This document shows, one piece after another, positions 11,901-25,884 of a stretch of 64,000 nucleotides of DNA. The DNA is taken from contig NC_069001.1 of NCBI RefSeq assembly GCF_001194135.2, positions 33,043,545 to 33,107,544 on the forward strand, read 5' to 3'. A model generated the notes under the pieces. It saw nothing but the letters and a program-made list of their open reading frames with translations, ran no database searches and had not been told where the DNA came from. The translations under genes and the position numbers were made by a program. The stretch comes from Octopus bimaculoides (taxonomy: Eukaryota). Numbering within the stretch: the first letter of the stretch is position 1; each line of letters opens with the position of its first letter.

Positions 11901-14900
11901 ATACAGTGAATACACAAAAAATAAAGACAACCAGCATATTTATTTACTAAAAAGTTATCAAAGAAGGCAACGTTAGCAATAAGATAGTTATACCACACCC
12001 AGTGCACACAAATCCGAATCTCACAAACGAAGCAGCAAAAAGGATTGGTGGGATTTGGTGTTTAGCTTTTAAGATATCAATATTTGCTTTGGAATTGCTG
12101 CATCCAACCAACAGAATTGCTTTCAAATGTTCATCAGTCAACTTCATTTGATGTGCTGACTTCACATCCTTCCTTATTGAAGATGTTTGTGCACAGACAT
12201 AAATTGCTCCAAAGGTTGATGCCATACCAGAAGCAAATGAACTCTCATTGCAGCTACTTACACAAAAGGTACAGTGCAACAGCAGGCCAGATGAACTGAC
12301 CTCATGGGTCGTAGTTTGGTGACCCCTGCTCTAGAGGATCATTATGCTAATCTTTAGCACATACACTGCTTCAATTTTACTTCTTTATTATTTGTCAATT
12401 GGTTAGCTATTCAATCAACCAACTAATCAATTGTTTGGTTAATCATTCAGTTAATAAATCAATCGTGTTTTGCCAAAGTCCTTTCTTTGCTGTTTGCGAC
12501 TTCTTCAATGACATTCTCTCTCAACTCCAGGTCAGCTCCTGAGATACAACAAAATCTGTTTCAACACATGAGCTCACATTAAGAATCTTGGAAACCAAAT
12601 ATAAGATTGAAATATTTCATAGGTTTTTTTCCCAGATATTCACAGTCCCTACTTTTGAATAAAATGTATAAAAATTAAGGATATTTGGGTTAATATTGTG
12701 AAAAGTCACTATTTTAGAGTTTGAATTTAGCTCCTTTATCCTCAATAAAAATGTTCAGCTTTAAAAGTAGCTGAATAGTCTTCATCTGGTAAAGTTGTTT
12801 ATTGTATTTTTATTAGTGCATTGTTTGGTTCTGATGGGAGCATGAAAGAAATCTAAAGTTGTGAAAATAGAAATTAAAAGAAAGAATACAAGCTGGCATC
12901 TGCCATATTCTTTGATATCAAACTTCTCTAACATCTTGGCATATACTGAACTTATCTAACTTTGTCCTATTCATAGTCTTTGTTCTTCCTCCTAAAAACC
13001 TCAGCAGTGTGATTAAATCACTATTGTAGCTTCTCTCTGCTCTCTAGCTTTATTCATAAATGAACAGCAGCATTCTAGGGTAAATTTCCACTCTCCATTC
13101 ATAGTTCAGTCACTCACTATTTTCTTATTTACTCTTACAAGTGTAATCAATATATACAAAAAAGATAACCCTTAATTGTCAGTTTTGAAACTGATCTAAA
13201 TAATGTCCATGTTTTAACTCTTTATTAACAAATCTCGTTGGATTATTTTAAGGAAATACTTTAACTTTTTTTCCTCAGTACTAGTGAAAAATAATTTTGG
13301 GTAAATATTTGAAGCAAATTATCATCTTAAAATATAAGCGTACTCTGATAATAGTTACTAGGACAACCTGGTTCCCCTTCTTTAAAAAATTTTTTTTTTA
13401 GTTTACAATCAAATTTAACATTCCTTTTCTTTGCTAATCCAGAATACACTTTTGTACTTTTTTTCTTGCATGCATAGATGACCAGTACTTTGATATAACT
13501 CTTGGATTTAAGGTAGCAAGCTGGCAGAATTATTAACATGCTGGGTAAAATATTTATCAACATTTCTTCTATCTTTACATTTTGAGTTCAAAGCTTTCAA
13601 TTGAGCTCTGGTCTTCACCTACCATTTTGATTACTGCAGCTGCTCCTCCAACCTTACTGACTACAAAACATCCTCAGCTAAACCACTTTGATGTACCATC
13701 TTGTCCTACTGCTATCACTTCTACTGTGTCTTATTCTTCTGTTTCTGATCTAAAATTTTACTCAATTTTTTGCCACAGAACTGAATTCCTAAAGAAACCT
13801 TTTCTTTTGAAATAAGTAAAGCTGAATATTGGTTTCAAATTTTGGCACAAGGCCAGCAATTTTGGGGGAGGGGTTAAATCAATTACATTGACCCCAGTGT
13901 TCAACTGGTACTTATTTTATTGACTGTGGAAGGGTGAAAGGCAAAGTCGACCTCTGCAGAACTTGAAAATGGATGAAATACCGATAAACCTTTTGCTTGG
14001 TATGCTAACAATTCTGCCAGCTTGCTACCTTAATGAAGCTGAATATTAACAACACTAACCATAACTAATTCTTTATCAAAGTCTAGAAGGGCCTGAAAAT
14101 GCTATGGGCTTTCTGACTTATAAGAAAATATATTAGCATTGCACTAAATCAGTTTTACTTCATGACATTCAGGCGTTAAGGTTTTCAGAGTCAAGCATAT
14201 CAATTTGTATTCTTTTGTAATGATCTAACCATAATTCCTCATTTCTTGAAAACAAATATGTCAAGTCACTGGTGTGTATATTAATTCTGACCACGTTCTG
14301 TCAGATCTGAAAATGAATATGATAACCTGTTGTATTTTGCTGTGGGAGAACGTGTTCTCCCTTCAGACGATGTTTGTTGATGGTACACTCCATTCAATGT
14401 GCATGTGTGTGCGGGGGACTTTGATGTGAAGAAAGGTGTCTAGTATGTTTGTCTCCTACTTTAACTATTTGTAAATATCATTTATTTTTGGTGTGATTTA
14501 AGGTACAAGGGCTGCTATTCTTCTGTGATTTTCTTCACAGAGGGATAACTTTAACGATTGAAATTGTCAATGTTGTCGCTATAGTTTGATAGATTTGGCT
14601 TCTGGAAGTTAAATATCATACTACTGAAAGGACATGAACTCTTCGTTCGTTTGTAGATTGACAAACTATTAATGTTTTCTGTTGTACAGTTAGTATTACG
14701 CAGGAAGAAAGACTAAAATTAAGAGATATACACAAATTTAAATAAGAACCGTTACGAAAGATATTCAAGGTAGCTAATTCTATTATTAAATGAAAAGAGT
14801 TATTTCCCTTGCCAGGGAATTGATTATTATTTTTCTTATAATACGTGTGTTTCTAGTATATAAGCATTCAGATTACATATACTTAATTTTGATTAGGATT

Positions 14901-17900
14901 GCTGCCAATCGAAAGGATAATTATTTTGGATTCCGAGTGAAATCAACTTTGCAGTTTTGGTTAGAATCACTTAGTAGTTTCCTTGGAAAGCTTGATTATT
15001 ACAATCTTTTCGTTTTCCTCTCTCTAAAGCATAGTAGCTATGCTTAAAATGGTTTTTGTTGTTATCTGTTTGATCATTAAAATGCAGTTACAAATTGCTA
15101 TTCTGCTCAAATAACCTTGAGAAAAGCATGACTATAATAATCAAATTTCTAAGTAATCAGTTTTTTACATTTCAGTTATCTCAAAAGCTTGGATCAGTTT
15201 TGATCAACATTGATTGATCTGTACAAATAATTTGCTGAGAGTTTGTGATGCTAAAACATTGGTATGAATGTAATGTTGCTTTCTCTTTGTTTATTTCAAT
15301 AGCAATAGGAATTTCTTCAGCAAGTGTATGTAATGAAGCTTAATTATTCTAATGATAGAAACAGTAAAGAGAATTGCAAAAACTTACTTGAAACTATTGT
15401 TATACAGGCATACCTCACCCTACGTCATTAATTGGTTCCAGGAGACACGACTTAAGTCGAATTAACTTGTCTCTAGGCTATAGAGATGTCAATAGCAGTT
15501 TTCCTTGCTTGGTGGCTGTGGTGAAAGAGGTTGTTAAGTGGACAAGGTTGAAAGGCATGAGGACAGATACATTCCTCTTTGCTTAGAGCTCTCATTGATT
15601 TCTTCAAGTTTCACTTGAAAAGGAAATTGAGAGTGGAGAGGGAAGCGCTGTCCTCGAGTGAGTTTATTGAAAGGTGGGTGAAAGTTGCAAAAATGACAAG
15701 AGTGGATCTAAGTGTAGATCTGTGAGTTGGAGAGAAGGAATTGGAGAGGGCACTTGCCCTTGGTGTTCAGGGAAATCTTGGACAGTAGGGTTCCTCAATT
15801 TTCCCTAGAGGTCTTCCTGTATCAGGAGGTCGTTATGTCTATCATCCTCCCGCCACCTTCTTTTCTTTTTTTTTTAACCTTTGTGTGCTATGTATATATC
15901 CCTTCTTTTCTGTGTATACTTACTTTCCTTTTTTTTTTAACATTTCATTATATGTAAACCCCCACACTTTATGTCTGTCTTTGTATTGTCCACCCTCATC
16001 CTTTACCCTTGTGGCAAATAAATGAAATTATCATTATTATTATTATTATTATTATTATGGTGAGCTAGCAGAATTGTTAACACACCAGACAAACTGTTTG
16101 GTGGGATTGCATCTGTCTTTACATTCTGAGTTAAATTCTGCTGAGATCAACTTTGCTTTTCATCTGTTTGGGGTTGATAAAATAAGTACCAGTTGAGCAC
16201 TGGGGTCAATGTAATCGACTTACTCTCTATCCTAAACTTACTGGCCTTGTGCCAAAATTTGAAACCATTATAATAATAATGATAATAATAATAATGATAA
16301 TAATACTCAGTTATCATTTCAGTTACAAGAAATCCATCTCAACTGGTAAACTGACTTTAGTTTTATAAATTTACTTTTTGCAGAACACGATCCTGATATC
16401 TTATCAAGTCCAACAAATGAATCACATTTCCAAAAACGAAAACGGAGAGGAAGACAAGTACTCTTTAATCTTTCAAAACAGTTTAAGTCCAGTAGGAAAA
16501 AGATGTCCCAGTTAGACAAGGTCAGCCATCTTTATATTACTTATTGGTCCATAAGAGTGTGTTTACTAATGAGATATTAATTTTTCAGGTTTTCATTCAC
16601 TGTGAGTTGAGGGTATTATAATGCTATCTACTCACAATTTTATTATACTGACTAATCTCAGTTCCAGACATCAAATGAATGCAAATAAAAACAAAAAATG
16701 TATAAGATAACATTATTGAGTGACAATTTCCAACATGTTGAGTTTGTGGTCTTGTTTTCATTTTTATCTGAGGTAGTTACATGTTGCTGTGAGCCTCCCA
16801 TATTTCATAATATAGAGAAATACAGGCTTCATTGGACTGGCTTGTCATTGTCATGCTAGATGAAGACAAAAATGGTATTCCAGTGACTCAGTGAAACACA
16901 TCTACTTATTAGAACTTGTTTTGACATTAGTGTCAAAGCAAGAGAGATTATGAGAAATATTTAATCCATGTCTTTTAATTTTACATTTATTTCTTATTAA
17001 GACAAAAAGGAAAATGTCCTGATAAAATGGATTCTTCTATCTTTTACTTGTTTCAGTCATTAGACTGAAGGCAGTGCTCCAGCCATGCTGGAGCACTGCC
17101 TTGAACATTTTTTCAGTTGGACAAACTGACCCAGTACTTATTATGTTTTTGTAAAGCCTGGCATTTATTCTATCAGTCTCTTTTGCCAAACTGCTAAATT
17201 ATGGGGATGTAAACACAACGGCACCAGTTGTCAAGGGGTACTGGGGGACAGACACAAACACTACCCCCCCCCCCCACACAAACATACAATAGTCTTCTTT
17301 CAGTTTCTGTCTATCAAATCCATTCACAAAGCTTTGATCGGCCCGAGGCTATAGTAGAAGACACTTGCCCAAGGTGCCATGCAGTGGGACTGAACATAGA
17401 ACCATGTGGTTGGAAAGCAAACTTCTTACCACACAGTGAAGCCTGTACCTGTATATACTCACATATAAATATACCACCACCATCTTCAACAGGATTCATG
17501 CCTCAATTATAAATATCCAGAATCACAATTATCTCCCTGTAGATTTAAATTTAAATACAGGTGGATAACTTATCATTAAAATAATACATAAAACTCTTGC
17601 TTTATGCAAGAAAGTAAAATAATAAGCTTATTGTATACAGCACTCAGGTATACTACAACTCATCAAAAAGGTTTAAAAGAATAGACAGAAAACACGTATA
17701 CAAGGAAGAAATGACAGCAACGAAAGCTAGAAGTATATACACACTGGCTAGAATAAATAGACAGAAAAGTGAACATTAAAGGCGTCATAAAGAGAAACGC
17801 TTTTTAGCAAGTTTCAGTAAATAGAATTAACACATAAATCATATGTAAAGTAACATATATTTGTGTGGAATTAAATTGTTTTGGCATATTTAAGCATGTG

Positions 17901-18012
17901 CTAAATGAATGATGCTGTTATATTAGATCATTTTAAATTTCAGTATATTTGAAAAAGTAAGGAAACGTCATTCCCACGTGTTCTCACAGCACCAGACTTT
18001 TGTGTGTGTGTG

Positions 18013-18077
<65 letters not shown>

Positions 18078-18783
18078 ATACCTCCCTCCCTCCATCCATC
18101 CATCTATTTATCTAGCTATTTATCTATGCACACCTATGTAAGTTCTACCAATTATTAATGATAAATATATATAACAGATTGACTCTTTAAAAAAAAAAAA
18201 GATTATGACTGATAAAATAATGAAAGCAATATTTACTAAGCAAGGGAGCACTGATATACAAAGAAATAATTAGATGTAAAATATAAAAATTATTAGAATT
18301 GGGAATTAAATGTGGAAACATTATCAAGGAGGCCGGTATTTCTGCTAGCCACTTGATATATATTGTACATGCTGCTACATAACACATTCTTTTTAACTGT
18401 TTGTATTTTAATGGTTTATTATTTCCTATGTTGTTGAATACTAATTTTTCGTGAATACCTATTCTTGATATATTCCATTAAGGGTCTAAAATGATTTTCC
18501 CTGTCTCTCTGAAACAGCAAGGTATAATTCCTAAACTGATTGGGCTGATGATGGCCTTGCATTGTGTTCTTGAGCAAAACACTTCCTCTCACATTGCTCT
18601 GCAATCACTTTTGACACCTGATTTGTGGTACATTGTGCACCTGTTTAGACAATATTGATGGAGAGAGTTAGCTAATATGCTACACAAACATTTGATCACT
18701 ATACACAAATCATTTCTGCAGGTCATTCAACAAAAGTTGAACACTCATATGTTGTCTTCAATAGGAGAGTCCATCATCATCAT

Positions 18784-18820
<37 letters not shown>

Positions 18821-18973
18821 TTTCTGGTGTTATATTTATTTTTCCTGAAGATGTGTAAAGAAATTTTGATTTATTAAGTCTCTTAATGAATTCTTTATAC
18901 TGAAATATATATTGAAGAAGATAAATATGTTCATTTAAATATATACGTTTTTGCGTCGTAACTCCTTTATTAT

Positions 18974-19022
<49 letters not shown>

Positions 19023-22000
19023 TGAAACTCATACATGCAATTCTGAGCAGGCCTCACACTGTTATTACACTGACTGAACTCATTTCCATATATCAAATGT
19101 GTGCAGATGTATGCAAAATGAATAAGTGAATGAATAAATAAATAAAATAAAAATGCAATAAAATAAAATGAAGTAATAAAGAAAGAAAGAATAAAAGCTA
19201 TAATGCAAACGGTATTGGATATAGGTTACTCAACAGATACTTGGCATTAATTGTTAATCTCATTTCAATGAATGAATTACGAGGAAACAATGCCCCCATG
19301 ACCAATCGCCTGTAATCAAACAATGAAAAACAGAAACTATAATTGATTAATTACATCTTAATCTTTCACCAAAATACTCAAGTCCTAAAGCTGCTGTAGA
19401 AGTAGTAGTAGTGACAATATGGGTAGTAGTGATGCTATCCTGGTGGCGTTTTGGTTATGGTGCTACTAGTTGTGTTGTGGGTGTGCTCTGCATGATAGTG
19501 TTGCTGATAGTGGCTTTGGATGAGGGTAGCATTAGTGGTTGTTGTCCGTAGATTATATTTAGTAGATGTTGTAGCGATGATGTGGTGATAATTAAGTTGT
19601 GGTTATATTGTTAGAATAATGATGTAGTTGTCGCATCAAGTTCGGTTCATGCTGGAGCATTTTTAGTAGCAGAGAGACGTTGGTGGTAGTGGTGGTGAAG
19701 CAGAGGTTATACTGCTCTTAGTTGTCATGATGAAAAATAATAGGCTGAGTTTTACAACCATACAAAATGTTTTGACCTGTTTGCATAGTGTAAAGGATTG
19801 ACCGAGAAGCATTGAATGGAGCAAGAATGCTGTGTATTACTGGTATTTACTGACTCTGGAAGGATGGAACCATAATGAACATTCATAGGATTTATATAGG
19901 ACTAGCTTCCAGTTTAGCATTTTATTGTCTTGGATATCTTAATTACCTTCAACAAGTCTAACAACAAAATCTTAATAATAATAATAATAATAATAATAAT
20001 ATTCAACAAAACCTGTAACAAACGAAATAGATGTGCCTTTCAAACACAATTCCTATGGTCCTCTGATATTTTTGGCATCATGAGGATTTAAATAATAATG
20101 ATATCAACCAATTTGGTCTTAAAATTAGGTGGTGAAATGAGCAAGATATGAGAATTTAGTTTTTCTTTCAAGTATAAACAGTTAAGAAACAGTTGAGAAA
20201 TGTAAAATAAGTGATAACAGCAGCAACAGCAGTAATAAATAGTTCAACTTTAATATAGGGATCAAATAATAATATTATTGATAATTTCTGAACCAGGTTT
20301 GAATTCTTAGGCAAGCAGAGTTAAGTATCTTGCATTGAGATACAGCACAATGTCTGCAATAGAATTCAAGCTGACAAACCTAGGAACCAGGATTCCAGAA
20401 TCTTATGCATTTAACCATTATAATTTTCAACCAGGCATTGGTTGGCATAAAAACATAAGGACACTTTATAATTCTTATTATAATGATTGATTTAGAATTA
20501 AAGTGGTTGTAGTTAAAAATTATCATAATGTATCAATTCAAGAAACGCAGTGTTGTGGATCCTACCCAAAATGTTATTGGGATGATGGATGAAATTGTAA
20601 GTATAATGGTTATATTTTATACATACATGTGTGCATTTTCTATAGTGAATATAATAGTCATATTATATTGTATTCTATATATGTATATATGTTTACACCA
20701 GTGAGCACAATGCATTAGTGTGTGTGTGTGTGTGTGTGTGTGTGCAGACATAGATGTATGGTTGAGAAGTTCTTTTTCCAGCCATGTGATTTCAGGTTCA
20801 GTCCTACTGTGTGGCACTGAGCTATAGCCGCTATAGCCTCAGAACAGCCAAAGTCTTGTGGGTGATTTGATAGATGGAAACTGAAGGAGGACTGTCATAT
20901 GTATATATATATATATGCATGCATGTGTGTGTGTGTGTGTGTGTTAACATCTGCAATTGATTGTACAAAAGTGCAGTGGTTGGTATTGTCAGTTTCTCCC
21001 ATTAACAAAGTATTTTGTGCCTTTGAAGCCATGTGGAATAAGTGACCCCTTACTTGAAAAACAAATAAGGGTTAGCATCAGGTAGCGGGTGGGTTCCATA
21101 GGCATATACTCTTTTATTGTAAGGCTCATGTTGAATTATCCTGACATAGTATATGACAAGGCTGGAACTTTGAATTATAAATAAGCTACCTACACAGTAT
21201 CCTTCTACCTAGTTTTACTCACAAAGCTTAGATCAATCTGAGTTTATGGTAAAAGATACTTGCCCAAGATGCCAGTCAGTGGAACCATTCCTATGACTGC
21301 ATGATTGTGATTAGAACTTCTTAACCTTTCACTCATAACAACATTGATTTAATAATGAATTACCATGCAGTTCATTGCATGCGTATGTGTGTGTGTGTGT
21401 GTGCGCCCATGTGTGTGTGTGTGAGATCAAAGCAGCTAGAATATACATATATCCTTAAATGTCAGTGTTTGTGGTATACAATGTATAGCTAAAGTGTATA
21501 TAAGTGAAACATGCGCATGTTTGTTTGCCCTTCTGTATTTAAACATAGTTATAGATACGTATTTATGTGTGCATATCCTGTACCCATGTAATTTAACCAC
21601 TACTACCTTAAGTTTCATAAACAAAATTAGAAGCGGTTTTTGTATATATGTGCATGTGAACGTAACTTTATGAGAGCTAGTGTATTTATGTTTACATGTA
21701 TTTAAAATATGTATATACAAGTTTATGACAAGCGTATGTGTATGTAAGGAAGATTAAGTCGTTGTATTAATAGCCTTCTCTCCATTATCATCGTTGTTTT
21801 AACCTCCACTCCATATATATGCATATGTTCACTAATTGATGTAGATGTACTAATTATGGACAGGTGCTCCACTGCATGTACATATGCACACACATGCATA
21901 CAGACACACATTATAGACATACACCCACCACCACCACCACCACCACCACACACACACATAATCCTTTCTGCTATAGGCACAAGGCCTGAAATTTTGGGGA

Positions 22001-25000
22001 GGGGTAAGTCGATTACATCAACCCTAGTATTCAACTGGTACCTAATTTATCGACCCTGAAAGGATGAAAAGCAAAGTCGACCTCGGCAGAATTTGAACTC
22101 AGAACGTAGCAGCAGACGAAATATTGCTAAGACACACACACATATAATGTGTGTAATATATAACTGTGTGTGTATATGTGTGTATACACTCACATACATT
22201 TATATATGTATATATGTGTATGCATACATGTATATGAGGTACCCATTTATTCATATACATGCACGCAGTACTTCCTGCAGTATATACACAAATGGGCACC
22301 TTGTCCAACCTCCTCTAAACATTTCTTCCCACCTCACCCATAATTTCTCTCACTGCGACTACTCCACCCCTTGAAACCATCCTATTTTTCTTGCTACCTG
22401 GAACCATGTCACTTGTTAGATATTCTTCATTCATTCATTATTGTTCTCCTCACCCACATCTTACAGTGATAGTCCCACCAACCACACTGAACTACCAAAT
22501 TATCTCCCCTAATGCACTACTCCTGCCTCTTTCCCCATCAGGTGTCATGTCTCCCTTGTTCCCCTTTTGTCAACTGTATTATATTTACTGTTTCTATTTG
22601 ACACCACCCATATGTTTCTCTCTCCTAATCTTATTTACATCCCTCTATTTTTCCCAACTCACACACCATTACTCATCCATCATTCCCTACATCCACCCTT
22701 CAACCCTACCCATCTTTAACATTCTTGCTTACCTCCCAACCCCCCATCTCTTGCTCCCTCCCCATTTTTGCAATCCCCTCCTACCCACACTCCTAGTTCC
22801 TCTGTCTTAATGCACTTCTACTCATCTCATACCTTGAGGAGACACTTAGGCTTGCAGCTCCTACTGATCATTCTCTCTCTCTCTCCTAAATCTGATTAAC
22901 CATGTAGATCCTCTACTACAGAACCTTCTTGCCTCTCCCTTTATCCTGCCCTCCTTTCACACTCTTATGTCTCATCTCCTCCTATAACTCTGCATTTTTT
23001 TCCTGGTTTTGTGGTCTTGCAAGCTGCATGGTGACTTCACTATTGCTGGTGGCAAGAAAAAATGCACCCAGTACATACTGTAAAGTAGTTTGCACTAGGA
23101 AGGGTATCCAGCCGTAGAAATCATGCTAAAGCAGACAATGTAGCTGAATGTAGCCCTTGGACACCTTACTTGCTTCATTTTCGTGATTTGTTCTATGTAT
23201 TGTTGGACAGGACCTGATAGTGTATTTGTGTTTTGTTAGGGGATCATTCTGGCATAGTTTCAAAAATGCACAACTGTTGTGTCCTGGATTGTGTACTTGC
23301 CAAATAGCTGTTGTTTAATTGAAGTAAGCCTTTTGGCCACTTTTCAAATGAACAGCAAATTATTGAATGCTGATATCTTGTTTCTGCTGGATTTGAGCAA
23401 TTTCCCCACAGCTGTTTTGTTTTGTTGGAGAAAATATCACAGCTTCAGATCCCTCATTAAAATACTAGAAAACATGTTTGATGGACTGTATTTACTTACA
23501 GAATTCAGCATTAATAAGTTCATTGAATACATCAGTTAGGTGCGAGCAGTAGGGATCTATTTATCTATTGTCAATTACATGCTGTACAAACAAGGCTCAA
23601 AAGTCTTCATCCTTTGGTACTCTTCTGTAAAAGGGCTAGCTGTCTTTATTTGTTTGATGTTTCTTTGGCAAATGATCTTGGAAACCATTTCATGCATTTG
23701 TTGTATTCCATGCAAGGTGAATTCCTGTTGTGAGAATTGAGTACCAAAGGGTCTATTATTTTCATTATTGGCAATTCAGAACTCCAAGATAGATTCAGGT
23801 TCCAGTGTTTGCTCAAAATTTCTGATGTATTTGTTCTTTGCATGGGCTATCACATACACACACTCACAAGCACATACACACACATTTGATCTTTCATTTG
23901 CCAGTTATTTTTGTCCTCCACCAGCTCAGTTATTAATAAAAAATATCTTATTTTAGATAATTCCAAAATTCATGAGGAATTTAGTGCACAGAAAGTTTGC
24001 ATCAGGAATCTGTCACCAGTCCTCTTTTATCTATTAGAATGCTTGAAAATATAACACAAGATTTCAAAACCATTTGTTTTGGAGAGGGTTTTCCATATAG
24101 ATAACTTTGTCTGTTGAAGTGTTGCAGCAGTCGTTCTTAAGCTGCCATCTTAATTTAGTCTAAAATTGGAAAGACCAAAGTGCTAATTACTAAGAGGAGG
24201 TGCAAAATCTTAGTTAAATCTGTGAAAAAGCCCTGGTTGATATGAAGAATGGAAGTTAGTATTGAGCAGAAAATTTGCTATGACAGTATTTCTTCTTCAG
24301 CAACTCAGTGCTGAATCTGTTTGAGATGGAATGAAAAATAGGTCAGTTTCAAAACACTGATGCCCAGATCAGAAAAGCAAAGTTTGAAGGGAATAGTTAT
24401 CAATTCCTTTGATTTCTAATTAGAAGCAAATAGGTAATAACACTTACTGACCAAGGAACAAAAATAGTTACACAGTGTTATTGATACTTATGTTATTTTA
24501 TTGACTCCAGATATAAAAAGTAGGTGGGGTTTGAGCACAGAATGTAAAGAGACATGACTAAAGATGCAAGTCAGTAATTATTTCCACCACACCACAACTG
24601 TTTTTAGTAACAACAAAAGTAATTATTCAGTGAATGTTGATGAACTGACATTTTCCATTGATTTATTATTTGGTTTGTCTGCTCTCTCTGCGTTTCTCTT
24701 GCTAATCCAGCCAGTCATTTGCCTCGACTTTATATTTTACTTTTTCCTCCTTCTGAGTACATAATCTCTACCTGATAATGCTAGACACCTTCCTTCTTTC
24801 TTCTCCTCTTTCTCTTTCCACATGTACACACATACTTTCACATCTACACATGCACTCTGTCTGTCTGTCTCACAACTTTTTAGTTTATACTCTCATCTTT
24901 TTCTCTGTTGCTGCTATTATCTCTCTCTCTCTTTCTCTCTCTCTCTCTTTTCACTCCTGTTCTCTTTCATTTCCTTCCTATTTAATCACCCATCTTTCCT

Positions 25001-25134
25001 TCGCCTTCTCTGACATCGTTCCTTGACTACCTCCTAATATCTTAAATATATACCATCACTGTTGCTGCTTTTGGGTTAGAAAAAACTGTTGATACACTTC
25101 CAGTCAGAAACATGTTTGATATGTGTGCGCTAGA

Positions 25135-25200
<66 letters not shown>

Positions 25201-25845
25201 GTAACATTTGTTTTCTATGCTGGTGGCATGGGTTGAATGGTTTGACATTGTGGCAAGACAAAAGGCTGTACAGAGCTTCCATGTCAAAAGCTGGGTCAAC
25301 AGATCCACTTGTTCAAAATTACCAACAATAGCTGATCATTTGCACTATAATTCCGTCACTTGACATACTCCTAGAGATACCAGATTCACTAATAAAACCA
25401 CACACCTGGCTATAAGTGATTCAGTTGTTTTATGTTCCCAGCAGTAACAAATTCATCAGCACCATATAACCATCAATGGCAAATATCACTCACATCACTC
25501 CGAACGGTAACAAATTCACATATACCGCATTTCTACACCAAATTCACCTGCCCTATACTCCTGACAATAATAGATCACTTGTACCACACACACACATCAT
25601 TTGTACCTCATCTCTGACAATAATAGATGTTAATCCTCACTAGGCCTTTCATGAAGTTTAGCCAGGTTTTCATATTCCCACCAGAATATAGGGCAAACAT
25701 TGTAAATGAGATACATCTATCATCTCAATCACTTGGCATGAAACTAATGGTAGCTTTGTTAACCCACAAATAAAGAATATTCATCCACCAATGTGGTTTT
25801 GAGCACTCATTCTCACTGTCCAATATTAGTGTGTATATGTGTGCA

Positions 25846-25884
<39 letters not shown>

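Noticed and set aside
14100-14620. Coding-like decayed segment on the minus strand
   Set aside because: Many stops and only a hint of a motif (CTLNG). I could not assign it to an element class.
16323-16345. 23-nt microexon just upstream of exon 4
   Set aside because: It would leave a 38-nt intron and shift the frame. Read-through meets a TGA.
19400-19720. GT/GAT-rich tract with coding-like GC content
   Set aside because: Degenerate trinucleotide simple sequence with no ORF.
25042-25308. ORF with a poly-methionine run
   Set aside because: Translation artefact of the (CAT)22 retroposon tail.
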